Source of the DNA: an uncultured Nitrospiraceae bacterium
GTDB taxonomy: Bacteria > Nitrospirota > Nitrospiria > Nitrospirales > Nitrospiraceae
Assembly (NCBI GenBank): GCA_963730935.1
Contig: CAVSTP010000002.1
Location: forward strand, 896,001 to 960,000
DNA: 64,000 bases
Direction of reading: 5' to 3'
A program made the translations under genes and the position numbers. The notes beneath the pieces are model-generated. The model made no database searches, had not been told where the DNA came from, and saw nothing but the letters and a program-made list of their open reading frames with translations. Positions 19,147-29,218 of this stretch are shown one piece after another (the first letter of the stretch is position 1; every line of letters begins with the position of its first letter).

Positions 19147-19971
19147 ACGGGTCATACAACTGAGGGTCGAAGATCGGCGGTTTGCGTTCGGAGCGAACTG
19201 GAGCCGGTATCTGGAAATCCTGAATGACATCCGCATACAGAATGCGGAAGAATCGCTGAAGCAGATGCTGAAAATTGCAACATTACATGACAAGACATTC
19301 CTAGATATCGGCTCCGGTAGTGGTCTTTTTAGTCTAGCGGCCCGGCGGTTAGGCGCACTGTGTTCGCTCCTTTGATTACGACCCGAAATCGGTTGCATGC
19401 GCGGTGGAGTTGAAGGCTCGGTATTTTCCAGGACGATGGCCAATTGGACGATTGAACAAGGGTCGGTGTTGGATGAAAAATACGTCCATTATCTGGGGAA
19501 ATTCGACGTAGTGTATTCATGGGGTGTTCTCCAACATTCGTGACAATGTGCCCCGCTCTCGTAAAACTCTGCGTACCGTTTCGCCTTGTGGGCTGTTGTC
19601 TGCCTCGATTTACGATGATCAAGGGCGGCCGAGCCAGTTAACTGTAAGAAGGTGAAGAACCTTTACAATCAACTGCCGAGCGGACTAGAATAAATTGTCC
19701 TAGCACCCGCCTTCTTACGTCTTTGGGGACCAACCACCATCCGCGATTGCCTATGCGGGAAGGCCATTTCACACGTGGCGCAACGATTTTCTCAATCGTG
19801 GGATGTCCCCATGGCGAGATATTGTTGATTGGGTCGGCGGCTATCCGTTTGAGGTGGCCAAACCCGAACAGGTCTTTGAGTTCTATCGAGATACAGGTTT
19901 TAATGCTTATGACTCTTAAGACAGACGGTGGTCGTGGATGCAATGAATTTATATTTAAGAAAGATGAATAG
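19139..19971 (+). CDS. Class I SAM-dependent methyltransferase, frameshifted
   Basis: RFAFGANW, FLDIGSGSGLFSLAARRLGA, FDVVYSWGVL, DWVGGYPFEVA, GCNEFIF. Confidence 0.85.
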
Positions 19972-19981
19972 GGACGAGCCA

Positions 19982-21098
19982 ATGAAAATTTTTTTTCTCA
20001 TTTGTTTGCTGAAAAGTGGAGGAGAAGAACGACAACTAGTCCTACTTTCCAAGGGGCTTAGAGAATGCGGCCACGAGGTCGTGATCACCCTTTTTTATTC
20101 GGGCGGGCCATTGGAGAAGGAACTGGCGAAAGCCAAGTACGGATCAGGCACTAAACAAACGGGGGCGGCGGAATCTGATCGGTTTTCTCGAAGGCTTAAT
20201 CCAAGGCTTGCGGGAGGAACAGCCGGATATTATGCATGGTTATCACTATGATCAAAACCTTGTACTCGCGCTCAAGTCATTCCCGCCCACTAAAAATCGT
20301 ATGGGGTATCCGATGCTCCAGATGGGCTTATCGAGAGAGCGAATGGCTAATCGACTGAGTTGCAAATTAAATTGTTGGTTGTCCGGGTTCCCCGATACCA
20401 TCATTGCCAATTCTCATGCCGGTGGCGAGTACCATCTATCTCATGGATTTCCAGCGGCGAAAATGATCGTGATTCAGAATGGTATCGATACGGATCGGTT
20501 TCGTCCGGATCTTGCGGCGCGAAACTGATACGATCGGAGTGGGGGGACCGCCAGAATGAAAAGCTTATCGGTTTCGTCGCGCGGCTGGACCCCATGAAGG
20601 ATCACCCAATCTTTATAGAGGCCGCGACGTTACTGGGGGAATAAACGGCGGGATATCCGCTTTGTGTGTGTTGGAGCCGGCCCCGATGAGTATCGCGCGA
20701 CCCTGCAGACACTTGCCAAGAGCTTAGGTTTGGAAAAGCGCCTAATCTGGGTAGGAATTCGCCAGGACATGCCCGCTTTTACAATGCCCTGGATATTGCC
20801 GTCAGCAGCTCGTAGGGCGAGGGATTTCCTAATGTCATTGGTGAGGCGATGGCCTGCGGAGTGCCCTGTGTCGTACAAACTTGGTGATTCGGCCTGGGTA
20901 GTGGGGGAGACTGGTGAGGTCGTCCCGCCCAAGGATCCTGTCGCGCTGAACAAAACCAATAAGAGGTTGGTTGATCAAAGCCCGCGCACTCCGGCTCAAA
21001 TTCGGCGGCGCATCCTGGAGCGATTGTCTGCTGAGACGTTGGTTGTCGAGACGGCGCGCGCGCTCCTCACGTTGCTCTGCGGATCCGCGACACCCTGA
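19982..21098 (+). CDS. GT4 glycosyltransferase, frameshifted and with an in-frame TAG
   Basis: GGEERQLV, IANSHAG, IQNGIDTDRF, VARLDPMKDH, SSS*GEGFPNVIGEAMACG (TAG at 20813). Confidence 0.85.
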
Positions 21099-21191
21099 CG
21101 GGTGACGAGTCTCAAAACCTACGCTGCAAGCGGCTTCCTCGGGGATGCTATAAACTAAACATCTTTTAAGGAGTAGAAGGAGCAACCAACC

Positions 21192-22378
21192 ATGAGAATT
21201 CGTCGTTGCTTCAGGATCATCGTGTTGGGTGTGGCTGTCGTGCCATTTCTTGTGACGCCAACATCCTGGGCAGCTCAATCCTACACGATACAGGAATTAA
21301 CCGTTACAGATAGCATCAAAGCGGTTGGTCCAAACCTTTCCGGCCAGGCGGCTGTCCGGTCCGGATTTATCTCGGCCCATTCGTTTCGCTCAACGCGTGG
21401 TGCACAAGGACAGAACCAAGTGCAGAGCCAAGGAGCCCAGGAAGAGAACATTGGAAAGCTTCCCAACGGCGATCACACCACCGCACACGGGATCAACGAT
21501 GCGGGCACCGTCGTTGGTTCGGCAAATACCAGTTTTGGATCGTCAATGTCGTCCTAATATTCAGCCAACCGTAAAACCCGTCGACAGCATCGGGACAATC
21601 GAGGTCCCACCTTCCAGGAACTGCCCTATAAGCGCGGTGCATGCCGTGATCTGGATGAAGAGCGGGGGGCTGAGAGACCTAGGCACGTTGGCCGGGGACA
21701 CGGCCAGCGAAGCCTTCGGCATCAACAATTCTGGTGCTGTGGTCGGCTATTCAAGCGGTCCCAAAGGGGCCGGCGGTAGTGTGGGCACCAGATGGGGGAA
21801 CGATGCGAAATCTGGGCACATTGCCCGGCGGAAATAGCAGTAAAGCGTTTGGCATCAGTGATACTGGCCTCGTGGTAGGCGGTTCGGCGAGCCCTTTCGG
21901 GAATCGTGCCGTGCTGTGGAGCCGCGGTAGTATCCAGAATCTTGGTACGCTCCCCGGGGACATGACCAGCGAGGCATTTGCCATTAGCAATAACGGTAGC
22001 GTCGTCGGATATCTCGTGGCTTGGGCGGTGTACGGCATTTCTGTGGACGTCGTCGAAAGGGATGCAAAGCCTTTCCGCCTGCCCGGCGCTACCGTCACTC
22101 GAGCCTTGGGTCTGAATGAGCAAGGCGACGTAGTCGGCAGCTCAGGAAGCGGATTAGGCGATACAGGGAGTGGTCTCAGAGCTCGGGCGGTTCTGTGGAG
22201 TTCTGGCAAAGCGCCGCAAGACCTCAATACGCTTGTGCCCGTCCCTACCGGTGTTGTCTTGTTGGAAGCGGTTGGTATCAATGGAAGAGGACAAATCCTA
22301 GTCTTGGGTGGTGATGAAAAGAATGCACATGGATTTCACGAGGGCTCGAGCCGTGTGTTTTTGCTAACACCGAACTGA
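21192..22378 (+). CDS. Secreted HAF-repeat protein, frameshifted
   Basis: Signal peptide; repeated (D/N)LGTL.G...S.A.(G/A)I...G.VVG units; AVGINGRGQI near the C-terminus. Confidence 0.8.
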
Positions 22379-22454
22379 ACTCGAATGCCGCCTGGGAGAT
22401 TGATGAGGGACTCGAAGTGGCGTTGATGGCGAGAAGAGCAAGGAAATATCAACT

Positions 22455-24597
22455 ATGAAGAGACATGACATCTCTAGATTGTTGACCGCTCTTTTCATGA
22501 GCTGTCACATCTTTATTGGCTCCGCGCATGCACAAACACCATCTAGGTCGGCCAATGGGAGCTGGGGCCGATCTGGGATATTGCCCCGATTAATATGATG
22601 GTGGTCCCGAGCGGGAAGGTGATGTTTTGTCCCGGGAATACCATTAGTGGGGACGATGCCCGCATGTGGGATCCGACCACCAATACGCTGACCAGTCTGG
22701 CGAAGGCCGGGTACGATTTGTTCTGTGCCGGCCATGCCTTCCTCGCTGACGGGACTATCCTCGTCCCGGGCGGCAACCTGCTGACACCCTTCAACGGGTT
22801 GCCGTATGCCAGCATCTACAACCCGCTACGAATGTCTGGACCCGTCTGCCGGACATGAACGCCGCTCGCTGGTATCCCACCACCACCACCACTGCCCAGG
22901 GGGCAGCGCTGGTGATGACAGGCATGATCGATAGCGTGCAATTGGAAAATCCATTGCCTCAAGTCTGGGAACCCGGGAATGGGGACGTGGCGCAATCTCA
23001 CGAACGCGGTTCGGAAGATCTATAATTATTCGTGGGTATATTGGACCCCGTTCGGGAATGCCATTGTGGTTGGGCCCAATCCAACCACGAGCTATCTCGA
23101 TATCTCGGGGACCGGCGCTTGGACGATCGTCGACATCGTTCAATTTCCCCGTCATCCGGGATTACGGCTCGTCGGTCATGTACACCCCGTGGCAAAATTC
23201 TGATCGCCGGCGGCGGCCAGCCACCCACCAATACTGCTGAAATTATCAATCTGGATGGCGGGACCTGGCAATATACCAATCCCATGGCGTTCCCACGACG
23301 ACACATGAACATGACGCTGTTGCCGGACGACAACGTCCTTGTGACCGGTGGCACCAGCGGCGATGGATTCAACGATACGACGCAGCCCGTCTATGCAGCG
23401 GAAATGTGGAACATCTACACCAAAACCTGGACCACAATGGCCAGCCAGACCGTGGGGCGGTTCTACCATTCGAACGCCCTGCTTTTGCCGGATGGGCGAG
23501 TCCTCAGCGCCGGCGGGGACTTTGCCTATCAGACCGAAATTTATTCGCCGCCGTATCTCTTCAAGGGGCCACGGCCGACGATTACCTCCGCTCCTACCAG
23601 CGTCGATATTCGAAACGTTCTTCGTTGGGACGCCGGATAACATTGAAAATGTCAGGATTATTCGCTTACCGGCAGTCACACATGCCTTTGACCAGAACCA
23701 ACGGATCCTACTGTTGAGTTTTACCGCAGCCACAGGTGGGCTCAACTCACCGCGCCCACAAATCCCAACGAAGCTCCTATCGGCCATTACATGCTGTTTG
23801 TCCTGGGCAGCAATAACGTGCCGTCAGTGGCGAAGATCATACAGATCGGTGTCCCGGGAGGTTCCCCGCCGCCCCCGCCGCCGCCCCCTCCGCCGCCGCC
23901 CCCTCCGCCGCCCCCTCCGCCGCCCCCTCCACCGCCACCTCCTCCGCCGCCACCTCCTCCGCCTCCGCCGCCACCTCCTCCGCCCCCGCCGCCCCCTCCG
24001 CCCCCGCCCCCGCCGCCGCCCGACATCCCGGCGGCACCGAGCGGCCTAGGGACGACGTCCGGTCCAGTAGCCAGATCACTCTGACCTGGGTCGATAACTC
24101 GGGCAATGAGAGTGGTTTCAAGATAGAACGTAAAACCGGGACCGGCGCTTTTTCTCAGATAGCAACGGTCGCCGCTAACGTTACGACATACCTAAACAGT
24201 GGTCTGACACCCGCGACCAATTATTCCTATCGCGTGCGTGCAACGAACAGAGTGGAGACTCGACATATTCCAACACGGTGAGCGCAACGACATCGGGCAT
24301 CATAAACGTGGCAACTGCCGTTCTCGAAAGCGGTTTTGCCTATATATGTCACCCAGGATTTTGGAACCCCCGCGGATACTAATAGTGCTCCGACACGATC
24401 GGTGCTACGCATTTTTGAAAACGGTATCGAGCTGGCCCTGCACACTCGTCGCATGCGGCGATTCGCAGTACTGGGCGGGGCGGTTTAGCCATTGGCAGGA
24501 GCCAAGATCGTTCGATCTATATTTCTCGTCCTCTAATAACACGAATCCGAAGACCAATGGACGAACATACACATATCGGATCGGCACTCAGCCGTAG
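22455..24597 (+). CDS. Galactose-oxidase-like copper radical oxidase (AA5-like) with polyproline linker, FN3 and an extra C-terminal domain; frameshifted
   Basis: Signal peptide (SAHA), DLFCAGHAFLADG, MNAARWYP, GRFYHSNALLLPDGRVLSAGG, EIYSPPYLFKG, VTHAFDQNQR; then Pro52, LTWVDNSGNESGFKIERK FN3. Confidence 0.88.
23866..24021 (+). repeat. Run of 52 proline codons (CCN)
   Basis: All four Pro codons are used; flanked by GGS and DIPAAP. Confidence 0.95.
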
Positions 24598-24772
24598 AAG
24601 GCTTTGGTCGGCTGGGCGCTGGGCCCATTGCGTCGTGGTGGGCAGACCTATCACTTGAAGGCTCCGCGCCCTCCAGTTCACAATCATCCAGACGGGATGA
24701 GGACGAGAACGTGGAGTAGCTTGTTGCTAGCAGTACCGATTTAGGAACGGCTCGTTCGCATAGGACACTTCA

Positions 24773-26002
24773 ATGGGATCAAATTATTATCACAAGGCCG
24801 TAGTCGTAGCTACTGTTGGCATTTTCTACACAGCTATCGACAATTACGTTTATGTGAATCTAGGATGGCAGCTACTTGAAGCCCCGAAACACTGGATGCT
24901 GTTGTTGTGCCTGGTATCATTGCCGATACTAATCACGCACATGACAACAGGGAAGCGGTTTGACTTGCCTGTCACAATCTGGTGCTTCGGATTTGCACTC
25001 CTGACAGTGGTGTGGTTTGTTCCGTCCTCGCAGTCGGACATGGCGTGGCAGGAAGTGCGATGGCGTTTCGTAGCGATTATCCAGCTCCTCACTTTTCTCA
25101 TGATATTCCGGGAACCGGGCTCGGCCAGATTCGCAAGAAAAACGCTGGTGGTCGCGGTGCTGTTTGGAGTGGCGCTCAATATTTATGAGGTGTTTGTTCC
25201 CCTATCCTTTAGCCATGTGATCGGCCGTTCAGCCGGTCTGTATGTCAATCCCAATATGGCGGGGGAAGCGTTGGTTCTGGGGATGATCCTCAGCGTCACC
25301 TTCTTAGCACCTCGATATCGAGTTCCTTTTGTTCTACTGACGGGGATAGGGATTCTTTCAACCTTCTCTCGCGCAGCCATTCTCACGTGGGTGATCGCCG
25401 TCGCCGGCCTCATACTCCTCGGCAGGCTCTCCGTGAGACACATTGTTACATCAAGCGTTGTGTGTCTTCTCCTGGCCACCTTTGTCTTATTGCCTCGGTG
25501 GGACCAGCTCCTTACGACGTGGGAAAGGACCGGCGTGCTCAATATCAACGTGCTGCAACGAATCGAGTGGCTCACCAATCCTGTCGGCGTCGTCGATCTG
25601 TCCCGCTGGGAGCGAGAATATGTGGCGAAACAAGCCTGGGACAAGATTGCGGAAAGTCCATTCATAGGGAGCGGGACAGGGTCCTCACGTGGGGCATACA
25701 CTGAGACGCATAACACGCATTTAGCGTTCATGCAGGACCATGGCCTCATTGGGGTACTGATTCTTCCCTTGTTCCTATTCGCTGCGACGTGGCGCGCTCG
25801 CGGAGAGACAAGATCGGTAGCCATCGTCTTTGGCTGCGTTATTGTGGTACTAAGCTTCTTCACGCACGAACTTTTTCATACGGGATACAACTTCATCGTT
25901 CTCTCCTTGATGGCCGCCATGAGTCGCGATGAAGGAACCCAAAGGACGGTTATCATGGAAAAGAAAGAATCGGTCGCCGCAAGAGTGTTGGCCCGCGCCT
26001 AA
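24773..26002 (+). CDS. O-antigen ligase / Wzy-like polymerase
   Basis: About 10 TMs, GLYVNPN, TFSRAA, SPFIGSG, ETHNTHL...DHGLIG. Confidence 0.88.
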   Translation: MGSNYYHKAVVVATVGIFYTAIDNYVYVNLGWQLLEAPKHWMLLLCLVSLPILITHMTTGKRFDLPVTIWCFGFALLTVVWFVPSSQSDMAWQEVRWRFVAIIQLLTFLMIFREPGSARFARKTLVVAVLFGVALNIYEVFVPLSFSHVIGRSAGLYVNPNMAGEALVLGMILSVTFLAPRYRVPFVLLTGIGILSTFSRAAILTWVIAVAGLILLGRLSVRHIVTSSVVCLLLATFVLLPRWDQLLTTWERTGVLNINVLQRIEWLTNPVGVVDLSRWEREYVAKQAWDKIAESPFIGSGTGSSRGAYTETHNTHLAFMQDHGLIGVLILPLFLFAATWRARGETRSVAIVFGCVIVVLSFFTHELFHTGYNFIVLSLMAAMSRDEGTQRTVIMEKKESVAARVLARA

Positions 26003-26255
26003 GTTTCTTGCATTCTTTGACGTGTGGCCATTGAAAGGTTGCTGGCTCCTAGAACATACGGACCCGCTCAGATTCGGCAAGGAATCGTCTATCGGTTATC
26101 GGTCAGCAACTTGGTTGCCAATACGGAGTGCCGCCAAATGCGTTAGTCACATATCCGATGAACGATGTCCTGCAGTCAAAAGCGTTTGAGTCGACCGCGA
26201 GTGGGGATTAGTCAGAGCCTAACTTTCTCGAACGTCAACGTAGCAAGAAACTGTC

Positions 26256-27521
26256 ATGCCGATACGACGGTGGAGAAGCAACATATCCTTGATTCTTGTC
26301 GCACTTCTGGTCGGAATGCTGCTCGGTGAAATTGGATTACGCGCCATAGGCGTTTCCTATCCAATTTTTTCTCAGATAGATGGGGAGCTGGGCGCGTCGT
26401 TACGCCCGGGGGCATCAGGCTGGTACATGAGAGAAGGTCAATCATATGTCCAGATTAATAGTCGAGGGTTGCGTGACCGCGAACATGTCCTCTCAAAGCC
26501 GCCCCATACGCTTCGGATTGCAGTCCTAGGGGACTCATATGCTGAAGCCATACAGATACCTATGGAGGACGCATTTTGGTCGGTTGTTGAGCGCGAGATC
26601 AAAGGGTGTCCGATTTCTGCCGGTCGTGAGCCAGAGGTCATCAATTTCGGCGTATCAGGGTATGGTACGGCGCAGGAGTTGTTGATGTTTCGCCAGCGTG
26701 TATTGCTCTATTCTCCTGATATTGTCGTGCTGGCATTTGTTACTGGTAACGACATCCGGAACAATTCCCAAGTTCTGGAGAGAGAAAGCAGGAGACCCTT
26801 TTTTCTTTTTATCAATGGCCAGCTTATTCCGGACATGACATTTCGTGAGTCATTGGGCTTTCGTCTCCGAGAGACAGCCATCGCACGATGGATAAAGGGA
26901 ATATGGAATTCTTCTCGTATTTTTCAGACCCTCGACGAGGTCCTACGGATTGCCAAAGCACGCAGTGCACAGGTTCACCCACATAGTCTCAACATTAAAA
27001 GCGTCAACGCGACTGAAAAAGCTGATGAAGATCTTGCCGCTATGCACTGGGATGGTTATGGAGAAGCGGGGCTGGATGCGATGATATATGTTGAACCACG
27101 AAGTTCGGCCTGGAAGGAAGCGTGGAAAGTCACCGAGGGACTTCTTGTTTTGATGCGAGATGAGGTTATGGCAAAGGGTGCGGATTTCATGGTTGTGACC
27201 TTGAGCAATAGTCCTCAGGTCCACCCCGATCCGATGATGCGCCTAGCCTTTGAGAAGCGTTTGAACGTAGCGCATTTGTTCTATCCCGATATGCGGATTC
27301 GAGAGCTTGGAAAACGTGAAGGCTTTGCAGTTCTCAACTTGGCTCCGTTGTTCCAGGTTTATGCGGAGGAGCACAGGGTGTTTCTGCATGGTTTTGCCAA
27401 CTCCGGCATAGGGACTGGCCACTGGAATCAGGAGGGACATCGTCTCGCAGGCAAGCTGATCGCGGAGAAGCTGTGTTCGGACACACTTCGCAACAGACAC
27501 GGAGTCCCTGGCTCGATGTAG
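26256..27521 (+). CDS. SGNH/GDSL hydrolase-family protein (possible polysaccharide O-acetylation)
   Basis: N-terminal TM, INSRGLRD, VLGDSY, NFGVSGYGTAQ, GNDI, GHWNQEGH. Confidence 0.88.
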   Translation: MPIRRWRSNISLILVALLVGMLLGEIGLRAIGVSYPIFSQIDGELGASLRPGASGWYMREGQSYVQINSRGLRDREHVLSKPPHTLRIAVLGDSYAEAIQIPMEDAFWSVVEREIKGCPISAGREPEVINFGVSGYGTAQELLMFRQRVLLYSPDIVVLAFVTGNDIRNNSQVLERESRRPFFLFINGQLIPDMTFRESLGFRLRETAIARWIKGIWNSSRIFQTLDEVLRIAKARSAQVHPHSLNIKSVNATEKADEDLAAMHWDGYGEAGLDAMIYVEPRSSAWKEAWKVTEGLLVLMRDEVMAKGADFMVVTLSNSPQVHPDPMMRLAFEKRLNVAHLFYPDMRIRELGKREGFAVLNLAPLFQVYAEEHRVFLHGFANSGIGTGHWNQEGHRLAGKLIAEKLCSDTLRNRHGVPGSM

Positions 27522-27541
27522 GCGCGCCCCGTCCTCGGTAT

Positions 27542-28807
27542 TTATTGAACCCTGAGATTAATGGGAGGTTGGGGCGGCGTATGATCGGTTGAAGCCGGTT
27601 GAGTTTGGACAATATAGACATCCGTCCGTCCCCCTGCCGATCCCCAGTTGCTCGTCCAGGCGATCAAACTGCCATCCATACTGATATTGCCTTTCGGCTG
27701 GGCGTCATAGCTGCCATTCACGCGCGAATGATGATGGGCATAGCGCCGCACCGAGGCGCTGCCGTTCGTGGCCAGCAGGAAGGCTTCTTGGTCATGGGCC
27801 ACCAGCACGGTGCGGTAGGGATCGAAATAGCGCGTGACGAATACCCACTGATCTGGCCCGACTAGGGAGAAGTGTTCGCCATAATTCGACCCGAAAGGAT
27901 CGGAGCCGACCGGACCCAAATAGGTCACGGTGTTCGGCGTGGCGAGTTGCCGAGCGCACATGCGGCTGCCACTCCCGCAGCGGGACGCCACCATGCCGCT
28001 GCCCATGGCACGGTGGTTGAATGTTTCATTGGTAATGGCGGTTTGCGTAGGGCCAACCTGTAAATCCCACACTGACCCACCGCTATCGCGGAGTACGACG
28101 AGGTAGCGACCGGATTTATCGATTTCGACTTCGTTAATATCGCTGGCCACCTGATGGACCAGCACGGTGTTGGTACTGCGCCGATACGCGACATAGCCGC
28201 GTGTCCCGCCCCCTTCGTAGTGAAAGGCATGGACGTCATCATTATTGCTCACGCTGTTTTGCGTACAGTGATTGCCGCCGCCAATGATGCTGGAAAAGTC
28301 GCGGACCACGGTATTGGTCCATGTGGTGCTGGTACCGGATGGGATGGTGATTTCGTAGAGGATCGGCCCCCCGCAGGCGAAATATTTATTGGCCGTCGTG
28401 CGGCTCCATTGCGCCCCGTATTCCTGTAACCCTCCTGGGGGATTGGCCTGGATGCGTCCATTGCTGCGCGTTAACGTGGTGGCGTTGAAATCCCACACCT
28501 TGAGTCGGTTATAGCCGGAGAGGCAGACGGCGGCAGCTTTCGTATTGTTTACATTGAATGTCGGTGCATTGGAGTAGATCGTCCAGCAGTCGGTGGCTGA
28601 ATCGGTGCTGTCTGTCAGGCGCATGATGGTCGTCCCGAACACCGGGTCCACGATCTTGGCCCCGGCCTGCGGGAGCGATGGGGGAGAGGGCTCGGTATAC
28701 ATGTTTAAATCGGTCTTGATTGTCTGAGCAAAGGTTCCCGTACTGATCCACAGACTCGCTCCTAATAGAGCGATACAGAGTACGATGCGGAGTCCTTCGT
28801 GCATCAT
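27542..28807 (-). CDS. Secreted beta-rich (propeller-like) hypothetical protein, antisense to the EPS operon
   Basis: Signal peptide, DPVFGTTIMRLTD, QPKGNISMDGSLIAWTSNWG, C-terminal DHTPPQPPINLRVQ. Confidence 0.8.
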   Translation of the reverse strand: MMHEGLRIVLCIALLGASLWISTGTFAQTIKTDLNMYTEPSPPSLPQAGAKIVDPVFGTTIMRLTDSTDSATDCWTIYSNAPTFNVNNTKAAAVCLSGYNRLKVWDFNATTLTRSNGRIQANPPGGLQEYGAQWSRTTANKYFACGGPILYEITIPSGTSTTWTNTVVRDFSSIIGGGNHCTQNSVSNNDDVHAFHYEGGGTRGYVAYRRSTNTVLVHQVASDINEVEIDKSGRYLVVLRDSGGSVWDLQVGPTQTAITNETFNHRAMGSGMVASRCGSGSRMCARQLATPNTVTYLGPVGSDPFGSNYGEHFSLVGPDQWVFVTRYFDPYRTVLVAHDQEAFLLATNGSASVRRYAHHHSRVNGSYDAQPKGNISMDGSLIAWTSNWGSAGGRTDVYIVQTQPASTDHTPPQPPINLRVQ

Positions 28808-28898
28808 CCGGACTAGTCTCCTCTACAATGCTCTATAAGTAATACTTCCACATTTCCCGATGCCGCCCAAGGCAGAAGATGTAAGACGACTTTGGGCT

Positions 28899-28914
28899 TG
28901 CAACCTGCATGCCA
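28899..28914 (-). promoter_or_regulatory. Sigma54 -24/-12 promoter
   Basis: Minus strand TGGCATGCAGGTTGCA, about 90 nt upstream of the 28807 start. Confidence 0.75.
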
Positions 28915-29218
28915 AGTAGGCACTGCAGCGGGAGGAGCTGCAATGTCGCTATTTAGTGTCCATATTATTTGGGATATGGAGCGATTCACCAGCATTCTGG
29001 TCAATCGTGAACACTGGATGGGAATGAATTTCAGGAAATACTGCGATAGACAAATTTGTTCGGGGCAAAGGGAGATGTCGACTGTATTGTCGTGGGTTGG
29101 AACATCATCGTCTCTTTTTCTTATATATGTTCTTATAAAGGGCTTGGGAGTCCTTGTCAGTAATGATATCTGCCGCTTCTGAGAAAACATCCTTCCAGAT
29201 CTTCCAGGCAGAGAGTCG

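Noticed and set aside
21772..21783. GGCGGTAGTGTG, 11/12 match to the RfaH ops element
   Set aside because: Lies 8 kb inside the operon and encodes the A-V-V-W of a HAF repeat; probably coincidental
23787..24026. Poly-glycine ORF on the minus strand
   Set aside because: Antisense shadow of the polyproline linker
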